A stretch of DNA of 49,454 nt, taken from positions 1-49,454 of the IMG/VR virus record IMGVR_UViG_3300009954_000001, one strand, 5' to 3'. Every line of letters starts with the position of its first letter. Within the stretch, counting starts at the first letter, position 1. The notes beneath the pieces were generated by a model. It was not told the DNA's origin and did not search any database. It saw only the letters and a list, made by a program, of their open reading frames with translations. Source of the DNA: a virus. Of this stretch, positions 17,333 through 27,669 are shown one piece after another. A program made the translations under genes and the position numbers.

Positions 17333-18007
17333 TCAACCGATCTTTGTCGCCTGAATGGTCAGGCCACCCCAGCCAAGGTTCGTGCTCTGGTCGATTTGCA
17401 GCCTAATAGACACTGACACTTCCTTGCCGGGGGTATCAACGTACTTAGCAATAGGGCCAACATGAACGAACATGACATTCTTATCATGGCCGTACGTGTT
17501 GAAAACACCAACATTATGTTCCTTGCCGTCAATCATCATAAAGATGTTGATATAGGCATCATTAGCGTTATAGTCATTGGTCATGGTGATCTGACCCGAG
17601 ATCAGCCACAAACCAGCCTTCGACAGACGGATATTACGGCTAACGCGTGCATTAGCACCATCAGCAGTATAGCGGCGGTAATCAGCAAACGAGGCATTTT
17701 CGTTCACGTAATCCGTTTCGACAGCGTCACCCCAAATCTTAGTGAGCTGACCGTTGCTGTTAATCAGCATCTCCTTCGTGTCCTTACGGTAGATAAGGAC
17801 ATCATAGTTGCCAGCCCCAGCCTTACGGATAGCAGTCAGCTTAGTGTCATAATCATTAGCATTGTTAGCGATAATGACACGGCCCTTCTGAAGCTGCTTC
17901 ACAACATCAGAAACAGAATTGAAACCCAAGTTCATGAAAACAGGCCAACTCTGAATAATATCAGAATCAGAGTAAGTCCAGATACCCTGATCGTTAACTG
18001 TACCCAT
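17333..18007 (-). CDS. Distal tail fibre / receptor-binding candidate (224 aa)
   Basis: Last gene of the tail module, with AGGAGTGAGG RBS. Function assigned by position only. Confidence 0.45.
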   Translation of the reverse strand: MGTVNDQGIWTYSDSDIIQSWPVFMNLGFNSVSDVVKQLQKGRVIIANNANDYDTKLTAIRKAGAGNYDVLIYRKDTKEMLINSNGQLTKIWGDAVETDYVNENASFADYRRYTADGANARVSRNIRLSKAGLWLISGQITMTNDYNANDAYINIFMMIDGKEHNVGVFNTYGHDKNVMFVHVGPIAKYVDTPGKEVSVSIRLQIDQSTNLGWGGLTIQATKIG

Positions 18008-18008
18008 G

Positions 18009-18629
18009 TTAGTACCTCACTCCTGAGAATTGAACGGAAACATATGCGTGACCGTTGTGGTTGTCGATATATTCTGGGTGCTCTTTGGAACCCTTCAACC
18101 CAATAAAGGCAGTTCCATACTGGAAATTGTCGTAATCAACAACCATAGTAAACGACAAGCCAGTTACCATAACCAAGTCAGTGCCTCGGCCACCCCGTCC
18201 TGTAGCAAGGCCCGAAACCACATACGGGATATGCGCAAGTTTGCGCTCGCGGCCAAGATGATCTCGAACGCCTGTGAAAACCTGCGGAAAGATATACTCA
18301 CCAGTAGTCAACGGAATCACAGGAATGTAAAGAAACCCTGTAATAGACAGCTGCATGAACGAACCAGCGTTACCCCAATCCAAAGGTGCTTTCCACAAGT
18401 CCTCATAGGCACCAATGCCAGGATTACTACCGGGCTGTTCAACAAGCATCTCCTGATAGAACGGCTGTGCAACACCATTAGCCGCACGCGAAGAAGTCAA
18501 GGCACTAACAGCATCATACGAATTACTGACCTTGCTCTTCATCAAGGTCATGTCATTCTCAAGATACGCTACGCGCCTGTCGATGTCACTTCCCCATGCC
18601 TGGGATGGGGTCGGCAGATTGTGCTTCAT
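18009..18629 (-). CDS. Minor tail protein (206 aa)
   Basis: ATG 18629 after AAAGGAG. Overlaps the upstream gene by 44 nt. Confidence 0.5.
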   Translation of the reverse strand: MKHNLPTPSQAWGSDIDRRVAYLENDMTLMKSKVSNSYDAVSALTSSRAANGVAQPFYQEMLVEQPGSNPGIGAYEDLWKAPLDWGNAGSFMQLSITGFLYIPVIPLTTGEYIFPQVFTGVRDHLGRERKLAHIPYVVSGLATGRGGRGTDLVMVTGLSFTMVVDYDNFQYGTAFIGLKGSKEHPEYIDNHNGHAYVSVQFSGVRY

Positions 18630-20385
18630 TATGCGTCACTCCTTTCAACGTCAACTCTCGAAGCGTGATACCAGCCTCAAGAGGATAATCCGCAACTCGG
18701 GGCCTATCGAATATTGTAGCAACATCCGATACCCTAGTAAGCGCCTCACACGAAGCCTTCACACTAGACTCATCATACGAAGCTGACTTGATATGCCACG
18801 TAAAGTGATCGTACACAGCTGTCGTCCCAGCAATGCGCCCAAACACCTGCTGATTCGACACCACAGGCTTGTTCTTCGTGAACTCCAACAAGTCGTCCAT
18901 GATCTTCTTCATTGTCGTACCACGAGGCCACTTCTCAGTAGCCTTCTCAGGCAATGGTGAGCCAGTAAAAGCATCGACATCAGACAGATACACAGGCTCA
19001 CGCTCGAAGTCATACACGACATCTGTGTATGACTCGTGCATCGGAACAGCGCCCGTCCAATCCATCTCAGCAGAGTAGCCAAACGCGCTCTGGGCCTTAT
19101 ACACACAAGCCTCATACGCCTGGGTCTTAGTCGTTAGGTTCATGCTGTCGATCTTCACAGCATCCGTCTTATGTGGGTAGCCAGTGTAGAACGTAAATGT
19201 CTCCTGGTCACACAAGTAAGCGTGCCCATAAATACGGAGGGTGCTGTAGTCAGTCTGACCATCCGACTCAGCAATACGATAAGGAGATAGACGCTCATTC
19301 GACATGCCCGTCACAGTCACCTTGATCTGGTTCGCTTCGTCGCCCTTCTCGATGTGGAGCGAACCGCCCTCGGCGTACCACTGAGCAGGTGTAATCGGCT
19401 TGTTGTCCTTGCCGACGACAGAGTACACGGAGCGCGCAAAGTAGACCTGACCGTTAGCACGAGTCCTAATATTGAAGTCCGTACCAACTTCGTTAGGCAT
19501 CACACACTCAGGCTGAGAATACAAATAATCAATCGTCCCTTGAATCTCAAGCACAAACTCTTTAGTCTCGCCAGACTCGACTGACAAAACCTCAGCAGCC
19601 TTAATGGACTCCACTGTCGTCTTGTTGTTAGACGGCTGTGGGTGGATAAGGCTAATGCGATCTTCGCCTTCAATGCGAGGGCGGGTACCGGCAAGGTTGC
19701 CTGAGCGATAATCAGAAGAAGCTAGGTCAATGACAGGGGGGTAATAAGTACACTCAATATGCGAGAAAGGCTCACCAATAGCCCACTGAATCGAATAGTC
19801 TACAGTAGAGCCTTGGAACCTCGTAAGAACAGTGTGGTTCTCAAACAGCACAATCGTGTCATACACCCACGTAATCTGATAATTGTTAGCAGACAAGAAG
19901 CTCTTGAGGATAGTCCACAAATTACCCTTACCACCAACAAAATCATACGTCTTAGTCGCAATAGTAGTCTTAGGTGCAATAAACGGATTACGCTCATTAG
20001 CAGTCGGCTTAGCAACATACACCTTTGGAGACTCGACACCCGCAGCCTTAAACACCTGCGCAATAACCTTGTCCATCGTCACGCCCTGAAGGTGCTTAAC
20101 CTCAGCAGACACATCAAGACGATAGAAAGGGTCATTCAACGTAGCCGACCACGACCACGGGGTATTCGTAATTGACCGGACAAACGCGTGAGTACGGCCA
20201 AAGACAGGACTATCGAGACGAATCTCCTTCGTCATCACATCAGCAGCCTCAACGTACCCGGCACCCTCAAGAGAATACTCAGAAAAGCCACCCGTTGTCG
20301 AATCACGGTCAAGAGACACAGCATCCTCAACGACAGACCAACCAGTCAGCTTGTTGTTAGTAAAGCCGATAGCCTGCATCACCAT
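18586..20385 (-). CDS. Minor tail protein, Tal-like by position (599 aa)
   Basis: Second gene after the tape measure. The start cluster is ATGGTGATG. Confidence 0.55.
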   Translation of the reverse strand: MVMQAIGFTNNKLTGWSVVEDAVSLDRDSTTGGFSEYSLEGAGYVEAADVMTKEIRLDSPVFGRTHAFVRSITNTPWSWSATLNDPFYRLDVSAEVKHLQGVTMDKVIAQVFKAAGVESPKVYVAKPTANERNPFIAPKTTIATKTYDFVGGKGNLWTILKSFLSANNYQITWVYDTIVLFENHTVLTRFQGSTVDYSIQWAIGEPFSHIECTYYPPVIDLASSDYRSGNLAGTRPRIEGEDRISLIHPQPSNNKTTVESIKAAEVLSVESGETKEFVLEIQGTIDYLYSQPECVMPNEVGTDFNIRTRANGQVYFARSVYSVVGKDNKPITPAQWYAEGGSLHIEKGDEANQIKVTVTGMSNERLSPYRIAESDGQTDYSTLRIYGHAYLCDQETFTFYTGYPHKTDAVKIDSMNLTTKTQAYEACVYKAQSAFGYSAEMDWTGAVPMHESYTDVVYDFEREPVYLSDVDAFTGSPLPEKATEKWPRGTTMKKIMDDLLEFTKNKPVVSNQQVFGRIAGTTAVYDHFTWHIKSASYDESSVKASCEALTRVSDVATIFDRPRVADYPLEAGITLRELTLKGVTHNEAQSADPIPGMGK

Positions 20386-21302
20386 GAGTAAACCTCTTCC
20401 AATGTCACAGAAGCCGTGTAATGACCGCGATAGTTGTTGACAGTCACAACACTAGCCGAGCCAGGAACAACCTGAAGGTTGCCGCCACCCGAAGGGTACG
20501 CGAACTCATACAGGTTAACGGCTGTGTCGATGTGTGTATCCTCCGGCACGATCTGAAGCATAGTCCAATCGAGTCCACCTTCAAACCTCGGAAGAATCGA
20601 CACCTCCCACAAACCGGGATCAAGTGCGCGCACCGTATTCTTATTGATAGTGAAGGTATCAGAGACACCTGTCAATTTACGGAAATTAAACGCAAACGGA
20701 CTCTTACCATCTTCCGGCCCAGACGACAAAAACACGCCCTTATGGCCTTCAGGTACAAGAACACGCTCAGTGTAACTTCCAACCTTCGACAAAGCCAAAG
20801 ACACCTGCCGCCCATTCAGACGATCAACATCAGACTGGAACTTGTTGTTCGTCTGAAGGACACCGCCCTTCAGCACGACACCAGGGTGTCCAGACTGAGA
20901 GTTGTTAGCCTTCGTGGGGAACAGTGCTTGCTTACCCCAATCGTTGAAAGCAAACGGAGAACCAACATGGTAATGCAGGTACGGCAAACCCATCAAAGGC
21001 GACAAAACGTTCTTCATCGAGAACGGGTCCAGATACGTCACCCACTCGCCCGTCCTGTTCATGAACAGCTCACGGAACTTGTTAGCCTGCTCACGATTCA
21101 AGAACGACCACGACAGCTCATAATGCCTGCCGCCATACACAGAACCACCCATGTAGGACAGACCATTCAGAAGGCGCTGTGAGTCGCCCGAATGGACATT
21201 AGTCGAAACAGGCGACTCGTCCGGTGCGGGGAACCACTCAATAATGTCGTTCCCCACACCGAAACAAACCTCACGGGTTGCGCAACCCCTAGTAGACACC
21301 AC
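20379..21302 (-). CDS. Minor tail protein, Dit-like by position (307 aa)
   Basis: GTG start after GAGGA, immediately downstream of the tape measure. Confidence 0.55.
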   Translation of the reverse strand: MVSTRGCATREVCFGVGNDIIEWFPAPDESPVSTNVHSGDSQRLLNGLSYMGGSVYGGRHYELSWSFLNREQANKFRELFMNRTGEWVTYLDPFSMKNVLSPLMGLPYLHYHVGSPFAFNDWGKQALFPTKANNSQSGHPGVVLKGGVLQTNNKFQSDVDRLNGRQVSLALSKVGSYTERVLVPEGHKGVFLSSGPEDGKSPFAFNFRKLTGVSDTFTINKNTVRALDPGLWEVSILPRFEGGLDWTMLQIVPEDTHIDTAVNLYEFAYPSGGGNLQVVPGSASVVTVNNYRGHYTASVTLEEVYSW

Positions 21303-24300
21303 GATTACCTGTCCTCATATTGCCGTTGTCGATGCTCTGGCTAATCGAGCGACCATCAAGCATGATCGAAGTCGAAACAGCCTTCACCAACTGATTAAAC
21401 TGTGCTGGGTTAATTGTAACAAGACCGTCACCACCGCCCATAGCGTAAACACCACCCGCCGACACAGGAACCTGCATCGTGTTCAGCGCGTTCATGAAGC
21501 CCTTGCCGTAGAAATCGACAGCGGGCTGTGAAATCACGTACTCGCCGCTACGGACACGGAACATGCCCTTGCCGTCCGTAGCCATGAGGTTGTCGGCCTT
21601 CGGGTTAGCCGGAGGACGGCCAGGCAGCAAGCCGCCACCTGCAAACCCAGGCAGATAGTTGGCACTCGACAGCAAACCACCTGTGTAGATAGTTCCGATG
21701 TTCCTACCAGAACGGGTACGAACAGTGCGGTTCTGACTACCCAGTGGATTCATCCGCGCTGCATTAAGCGCAGCGGCATAAGACGCTTCATCAATCTGGT
21801 AACGAATCTTGACATTAAGCTCACTATGGCTAGGCTGGACAGGAACAGTCACACCATTAGAGTGAAGCGAGTCAATAGCATCCTGTGTCGAACCGACAGT
21901 GCCGTTATCGGTCACATGTTCCTTCACCTCACGAGGAACCTGACCAATCGTCCCAGTCAAGCTATCGAAAGCGCCTGCCAACTCAGTAACTTCACCCTGG
22001 TTGAACCCAAGCTGAGTAACCTGGTCAATAAACTGCTGCTTAAGGCTCTGAGTGTACGCCTCGATCTCCTGGGTCGAATGACCAGCAGCAGCATACGCCT
22101 CAATCAAACCAATCATCTGAGACTGCAACGACCGCAAAGCCTCACGGTTAGCAATAGCCGCCTCAGTGTAACCCTTCAGCGCAAACTGCCCGGCCTGAAG
22201 GGTTGCGATCTCCTTGTCGTTGTCCGCAATCTTCGTCTGGCCCTCGTTGATCTTCTGCTTAGCCTCGTCAATATCAACCTGAGTAGACTGCGCGCGCTCA
22301 GTGTCGCCATACTTTACAGCGACAGCATGGAAGAACTCAGCATCGTGCAACTCCTGCTGGTTCTTACGCATATCCGACGCAAGTTTCTCATTCTCCTTAC
22401 GAAGATCAGTCACCTTCTTGGTCGTGTTCTCCACGTCCTTACGCAAAGAATTAAGACCCTTATGGTAATTATCCTGCGCGGTCGTAGAGCGCCACCAAGA
22501 CGACAACGCCTTGTCGAGCGCAGACTTCAGACGGCTAAGGAAGTCCTCGAAAATCTCAGCAGCAGTCTTCGTTTCCTTACGGGCGTGGGAACCACCACCC
22601 CCGCCTCCACCGGAACGAGGCGAGCGGCCACCACCTCCACCACCGGAGCGAGAAGGCTTAGCCTTGAAGTTGTTACCACTAAACGCCGACGCACCATTGT
22701 TACGGTTAGCAAAGGTTGGCATCCTGAACTTATTAGCCTGACCACCAAGAAATGAACCCTTGCCAGTCTTAGACTTAACGCCACTGAAAGCACCGGCCCT
22801 CATGGCTGCTTGCATAAACGCCTGAACCTTACCAAGGTTAGCCTGGGCAGCACTCACGGCCTTCGCAGTGTTATCAACCATCTGATTCAGAGAAGCGTCT
22901 GTCGCAGAATGGTCAACCTCACCAGACTGATACGGCTGGGAAATAATCGCAGCCATAAGGTCACGCTGCTGCTCAAACTGGCTCATGTCGAAGCCCTGAG
23001 CAGCAAGGTAGTCGATGGTGTCTTGAATCGACTGCTGAGCGTACTGGTACGCTTCATCGCCAGTTAGACCCATTTCCTCAATACCAGCAGCGGCGGCATT
23101 ACCCATCTTCTCGAAGTAATCCGAGATAGCAGCAATGTTCGCCTGGCCGTCTGGGCTGTTCGGGTCCATCGACGTACCGTGCTCCTGCATCGACTCGTAC
23201 ACCTGCTGCAACGATGAATCGAGAGCAGCAGCCGCGTCTGTCGATGAGAACATCTCGTCAAGGACAGAGCGGATAGCTTCGGCCATGTCCTTGAACTCGC
23301 CCTTAGCGTCACCAACCTTGAGGCCAGCTTCTTCCGTCTGTTCACCAGTCTCTTCGACACCCTGGCCGAAGAGGATAGCATCATTTAGAGCGTCCTTCAT
23401 CGCACCACCAACACCATCAGTCTGACTCTTCAAGCCATTAAGAGCACTAATCTGCTCATCATACTTCTTGGTGTCAACCATGATAGCCGCTGATGGGTCG
23501 CCACCACCATGAGACGCAACATCCAAAGCAGCTTGACCGGCCTCATTAGAACGAGCCTGAATCTGCGCAATGTACCCATCAACATAAGCATCAGCGGCCT
23601 TCTTGCCGCCACCCTGAGCTTCAGACGTAGACGCAAGCTTAATGTACTTAGCGTAACTGAAGCCCATGTCAACCAAAGCCTGCTTGGTTTTCTTCGACAT
23701 GCCCTTAAACGCATCAGAACCCTGAACAGCGTCCATAATCAAGGCTTGAGTATGCTCACCAATCTTCAAGGTAGAGTAACCCATAGCCTCGGCCTGCTCA
23801 TGAGTAGCCTGAACAACCTGACCAGACTTATCCACGTAGTAACCAAGCGCCTGACCATTAGCCGTCAGAACTTCACCATTCTGCTCAATAGTCGCGTTCA
23901 GCTCAACAAAGCCAGACTGAGTGCCATCACCAACTTCCTTCGTATCCTGAGCCAAAGCGTTAAGAATCGCAGAAGAACCACCAACAGCGTTCTTAAACGT
24001 ATCGGCCTTAGCCGACGCATCCTGGAAAGCATCACCCAAATACGTAGCACCGACAGATACAGCAGTCAAAGCAGCAGAAATAGCAAGACCCCAGGGGCCT
24101 CCAAACATCGACATCAAGCCAGAACCAACCGACGACAGCTTAGACAGCGCGCCCACAGCCTGACCAGCACTAGCCGCAACCTGCGCACCGGCAGCAGCCG
24201 CAGACGCGCCAGCAGAAGCCACCTGAGCCGTATTCTGAGCAGCCTTAGCAGCCGCAGCCTTACCAGCCGCAGCAGCCACCATGTTATCCGCAGCAGCAAG

Positions 24301-26523
24301 ACGCTGATTAGCCGCAGCCGCAGCATTAGCAGTACCAATGTTCGACGCAAGAGCCGAGTCATACTGAACAGTAGCCGTCTGAGCCTGACGAATAGCCTGC
24401 CACACGACACTCCACGTCGCCTTCTGCGCACCCGTCGCCTGCAACATGCGATTCTGCATCTGCAAATACGTAGCCGACATCGACACAGCAGCAGCCTTCG
24501 CAGCCATAAGCCCAACACGCACTGTCGCCACAGCCGCGAGCGCACCAACAAACGCCTGAATAGGGGCAGGCAGCTTAGCGAAAGCATTAACGATACCTGT
24601 CGCCAGGCTGATGAGCAGCTTGAATGGCACCATGAAGCTAGAGTTCATAACCGCCCCCGCGTTCTGCAAGGCGTGCTGGAAAGCCTCGATCTTAGCCGAC
24701 AAGGTATCCATGATGATGCCCATCGACTCATCAATGAATGTCGTACCCTTAGAAGCCGCCTCGGCTTCCTTCAGTTGTTCGACATACAGGCCGACACTGT
24801 TCGACATACGGGACAGCAATTCAACGTCACGCACATTCTTGAAGCCCAAGTCCTTAATCGCCTGGGCCTTCTCAACCTTGTCGCTAATGCCCGCGAGGTT
24901 TTGCAAGATGCCTTGGAACACCTTGTTCGGGTCGTCACGCCACAGCTTCTGGAACTCAGCGTCAGTCACACCGACAGCCTGAGCGTACGTGTGCATCTTC
25001 TCGCCACCATCAGCAGCAGCAGAGTTGATCGAGTTGAAGATACGCTGAAGCGAGCCGCGCGCCCATTCCTTCGGGATAGCGAGAGACGACAACGTAGACG
25101 ACAGCGCAAGAATCTCATTCTGAGTGAAGCCAGCCGACTTACCCTGAGCAGCAATCGACACAGCCATGTTCGCAATCTCAGGCTCAGTCGCAACCGACTT
25201 CGCACCAAGATCGGCAATCTGGTTAGCGAGGACCGCGTAGCCGTCGCCCTTACCCTTAGCGGACTCCTGCAAGCCGCCCATCATCTGACCGAAACGACCG
25301 AAAGCAGTTGTTGCAGACTCAACTTCCATACCCGTCACGGTAGAGAACTCAGCGACAGCCTTCGTAAAATCCTTCAACTGGTTTGTCGGAATGTTCATCT
25401 GCGCGCCGAGCGTACCAATCTTCGACAGATCAGCAAACGACGTAGTAGTCTTCGTAGACAGCTCGGTGTAAGCGTTCTTCAGATCACTAAGAGACCTCGT
25501 AGTACCCTGCGCAGTACGCTCCACATCAGCAAACGCACGCTCCTGCGCAATACCAGCCTCAGCAGCAGCAGACACAACACGGCCAATACCAGCCGTGATA
25601 GCACCGTAATACACTGCCATGTCGCGCGCAGCATAACGAACGTTCTCAATCGCCTTCTCGCTTGCGCGGGCATCATTACGAGCGCTACTTGCGCTAGTGC
25701 GGACCAACTGTCGATCAAAAGCACCCTGGGTCTTGATCTTCTCACGCTCAGTACGCGCGGCCTCTGACTCACGGTTAGCGACGATCCTCGCAGACGCAGC
25801 CTCGACAGCAGCAGCACGCTTAGACTCAGCAGAAGCCGTCGTTGCAGCGGCCCTGATCTCTGCCTGCTCCAAAGCCGTGAGCGCCTGAATCTCAGCAAGA
25901 CGAGTAGCCTCAGCACCCTTCGCACGCACAAGGCTACGCTCATCCTTCCCCTTCTGCTTCTGCAAAGGAAGAGCATTATCCTCATGCTTCACTGCTGCCT
26001 GCGCGCGCAATTTCTCAGCCTGGGCCTCAGTCTTACGCGCCTGCGACTGATTCAACGCCGCCTGAGCCTTCTTCGCCTTATTCTCAGCCTCAGCCATAGC
26101 GTTCGACGCAGAAGCCACCTCACGCATAGCCGAGGCAGTATCCCTCAGCTTAGCAATATGGTCCTTACTCAGGTTGTTCATCGTGCGAGTCTCACGGATG
26201 AACTGTCGATACGCAGAAACAGCCTTATCGACACCCGCCGAAAGATCAGCCTTACTCGCGTCCCCAGCAGCCTTATTCAACGAGCCAAGCGCATCCGCAA
26301 CCGACTTCAGCGCTGTCGCAGAGTCCTTCAGGTTCTTGACCTTCGAGCTGTCAAGCTGCAAAGAATCAAGAATCGTACCACCACGCCCAGACGGAGACTT
26401 CAGCGTAGCGACAGCACTCTGAAGCGAATCAATCTGCTTTTCCAGAGCACCAATGCTCTGTGCCGCCTTGTCTGCCCCAGCAGCGTTAACGTCAATGTCG
26501 ATCTTAATTGACTCGTCTGCCAC
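21289..26523 (-). CDS. Tape measure protein (1744 aa)
   Basis: GTG 26523 lies 5 nt after AGGAG. Ala/Gln-rich coiled-coil, hydrophobic mid-segment, Gly runs GGGGGRSPRSGGGGGGGS, and position after the chaperone pair. Confidence 0.9.
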   Translation of the reverse strand: MADESIKIDIDVNAAGADKAAQSIGALEKQIDSLQSAVATLKSPSGRGGTILDSLQLDSSKVKNLKDSATALKSVADALGSLNKAAGDASKADLSAGVDKAVSAYRQFIRETRTMNNLSKDHIAKLRDTASAMREVASASNAMAEAENKAKKAQAALNQSQARKTEAQAEKLRAQAAVKHEDNALPLQKQKGKDERSLVRAKGAEATRLAEIQALTALEQAEIRAAATTASAESKRAAAVEAASARIVANRESEAARTEREKIKTQGAFDRQLVRTSASSARNDARASEKAIENVRYAARDMAVYYGAITAGIGRVVSAAAEAGIAQERAFADVERTAQGTTRSLSDLKNAYTELSTKTTTSFADLSKIGTLGAQMNIPTNQLKDFTKAVAEFSTVTGMEVESATTAFGRFGQMMGGLQESAKGKGDGYAVLANQIADLGAKSVATEPEIANMAVSIAAQGKSAGFTQNEILALSSTLSSLAIPKEWARGSLQRIFNSINSAAADGGEKMHTYAQAVGVTDAEFQKLWRDDPNKVFQGILQNLAGISDKVEKAQAIKDLGFKNVRDVELLSRMSNSVGLYVEQLKEAEAASKGTTFIDESMGIIMDTLSAKIEAFQHALQNAGAVMNSSFMVPFKLLISLATGIVNAFAKLPAPIQAFVGALAAVATVRVGLMAAKAAAVSMSATYLQMQNRMLQATGAQKATWSVVWQAIRQAQTATVQYDSALASNIGTANAAAAANQRLAAADNMVAAAAGKAAAAKAAQNTAQVASAGASAAAAGAQVAASAGQAVGALSKLSSVGSGLMSMFGGPWGLAISAALTAVSVGATYLGDAFQDASAKADTFKNAVGGSSAILNALAQDTKEVGDGTQSGFVELNATIEQNGEVLTANGQALGYYVDKSGQVVQATHEQAEAMGYSTLKIGEHTQALIMDAVQGSDAFKGMSKKTKQALVDMGFSYAKYIKLASTSEAQGGGKKAADAYVDGYIAQIQARSNEAGQAALDVASHGGGDPSAAIMVDTKKYDEQISALNGLKSQTDGVGGAMKDALNDAILFGQGVEETGEQTEEAGLKVGDAKGEFKDMAEAIRSVLDEMFSSTDAAAALDSSLQQVYESMQEHGTSMDPNSPDGQANIAAISDYFEKMGNAAAAGIEEMGLTGDEAYQYAQQSIQDTIDYLAAQGFDMSQFEQQRDLMAAIISQPYQSGEVDHSATDASLNQMVDNTAKAVSAAQANLGKVQAFMQAAMRAGAFSGVKSKTGKGSFLGGQANKFRMPTFANRNNGASAFSGNNFKAKPSRSGGGGGGRSPRSGGGGGGGSHARKETKTAAEIFEDFLSRLKSALDKALSSWWRSTTAQDNYHKGLNSLRKDVENTTKKVTDLRKENEKLASDMRKNQQELHDAEFFHAVAVKYGDTERAQSTQVDIDEAKQKINEGQTKIADNDKEIATLQAGQFALKGYTEAAIANREALRSLQSQMIGLIEAYAAAGHSTQEIEAYTQSLKQQFIDQVTQLGFNQGEVTELAGAFDSLTGTIGQVPREVKEHVTDNGTVGSTQDAIDSLHSNGVTVPVQPSHSELNVKIRYQIDEASYAAALNAARMNPLGSQNRTVRTRSGRNIGTIYTGGLLSSANYLPGFAGGGLLPGRPPANPKADNLMATDGKGMFRVRSGEYVISQPAVDFYGKGFMNALNTMQVPVSAGGVYAMGGGDGLVTINPAQFNQLVKAVSTSIMLDGRSISQSIDNGNMRTGNRGVY

Positions 26524-26533
26524 CTTAACTCCT

Positions 26534-26580
26534 AAAAAGAAAAGTCCCTGATACCACTTCAATGATACCAGGGACTTTTC
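26534..26580 (-). terminator. Terminator-like hairpin between the chaperone and the tape measure
   Basis: agtccctg 26543-26550 pairs with cagggact 26569-26576. The loop is 18 nt. On the - strand the hairpin is followed by tttcttttt. Confidence 0.3.
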
Positions 26581-27043
26581 CTACCTAACTTGCTCAAGCG
26601 CTTCAAGCGGCGACGGCAATGGCTCTTTCGTACCGTCTGAGTATTCAACAGTCCTCATCACAGTGTACGTGCTTTCACCCGGCTTAGTTTCCTTCACGTG
26701 CTCACGATGCCTATCCAACTCAGCACATGAATAACACGTAGAAGTCTCCACATGGAACTCAATCGCACTATGCTCACTACGACCATACCAGAGCGGCGTG
26801 CCGCATTTGTTGCACAAGCTATCAAGATAGTATTGATAACCAGCAGCCAAAGCAATATCCAAGTTAGTGTATTCAGTTTGATCTATCGGCTCCGAGTCAA
26901 GCTCATCACCAAGCCACACAGGCACCACACGAGCAAACATGCCATGAGCACCTGTGAACAGTGTCGGAGGCTTACTCTCCGCTCTCGCCGTCTTCAGCAG
27001 AAGAATCATCCACTGGTTCTCCGGCTTGCTCAGCTCCGTCCCC
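26581..27043 (-). CDS. Tail assembly chaperone T-like extension, reached by frameshift from 26972-27601
   Basis: The frame stays open past the G stop. It is +1 relative to G ((27601-27234) mod 3 = 1). It has no plausible own start and contains CNKC...CYSC. Confidence 0.5.
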
Positions 27044-27601
27044 ACGAAACGTAGGATCAGAAATCGCCTCAGACACGACAACACCAAGCTCCTGTGCATC
27101 ATTCCACGTCGCACAAATCTGCTGCCACAAGAACTCAGGCAGATGACCACGCAGCTCCGCAGCCTCGTCATCCGACAGACCGTTCTTCGACTCACCCGTG
27201 GAGTTGTCGATGACTTCGACACAAGAGCGGGCAATGATGTACTCCATCAAACGGTCTTCGCGCTCAATGCTGATGATTGCCTTTTCGTCCTCGTTCTTGT
27301 TCTTCGTGGAGAAGAATGGGTCTTCCCAGACCTTCTTCTTCAGAATGTAAAGTTCCTTGTTCGATAGCGCACGCAGACGCAAGGTAATCGTCTCCTTGCG
27401 AAGAGCCTCAAGCTCTTCTTGCAGCTCGACACCCGGCGAAGTGTCGGTAATCGAACGAGACAGCGGTGCCTCAGCGATCTGCGCGGTCTTAGCCAGTTCG
27501 ACCAACTGAGCGAAACGCTCCGCGTTCTCGGTATTCAGCGGCACGTCGATAGCCTTGACCGTAGGCTTGATAGACGAGATAATCCTAGACAACTCAAACA
27601 T
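26972..27601 (-). CDS. Tail assembly chaperone (G-like, 209 aa)
   Basis: Sits between the major tail protein and the tape measure. Acidic C-terminus, GGAGTAG RBS. Confidence 0.7.
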   Translation of the reverse strand: MFELSRIISSIKPTVKAIDVPLNTENAERFAQLVELAKTAQIAEAPLSRSITDTSPGVELQEELEALRKETITLRLRALSNKELYILKKKVWEDPFFSTKNKNEDEKAIISIEREDRLMEYIIARSCVEVIDNSTGESKNGLSDDEAAELRGHLPEFLWQQICATWNDAQELGVVVSEAISDPTFRGDGAEQAGEPVDDSSAEDGESGE

Positions 27602-27621
27602 GTCTACTCCAATCAGATATG

Positions 27622-27658
27622 AGAATACCCCCGCACCTCGGAGGCACAGGGGTATTCT
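27622..27658 (-). terminator. 10-bp hairpin after the major tail protein gene
   Basis: agaatacccc 27622-27631 pairs with ggggtattct 27649-27658. No clear U-tract, so it may be a partial terminator or a stabiliser. Confidence 0.4.
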
Positions 27659-27669
27659 AGCAGAGTTGA

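Noticed and set aside
17333-20385. Diversity-generating retroelement acting on the distal tail/receptor-binding genes
   Set aside because: No reverse transcriptase ORF was seen, and no template/variable repeat pair was seen near the tail fibre genes.
23509-25767. 752-aa ORF on the + strand (plus several other long + strand ORFs between 21826 and 26511)
   Set aside because: It is antisense to the tape measure gene. The translation is low-complexity Arg/Ser/Leu-rich with no RBS. This is typical of spurious open frames opposite a GC3-biased, Ala-rich coding strand.
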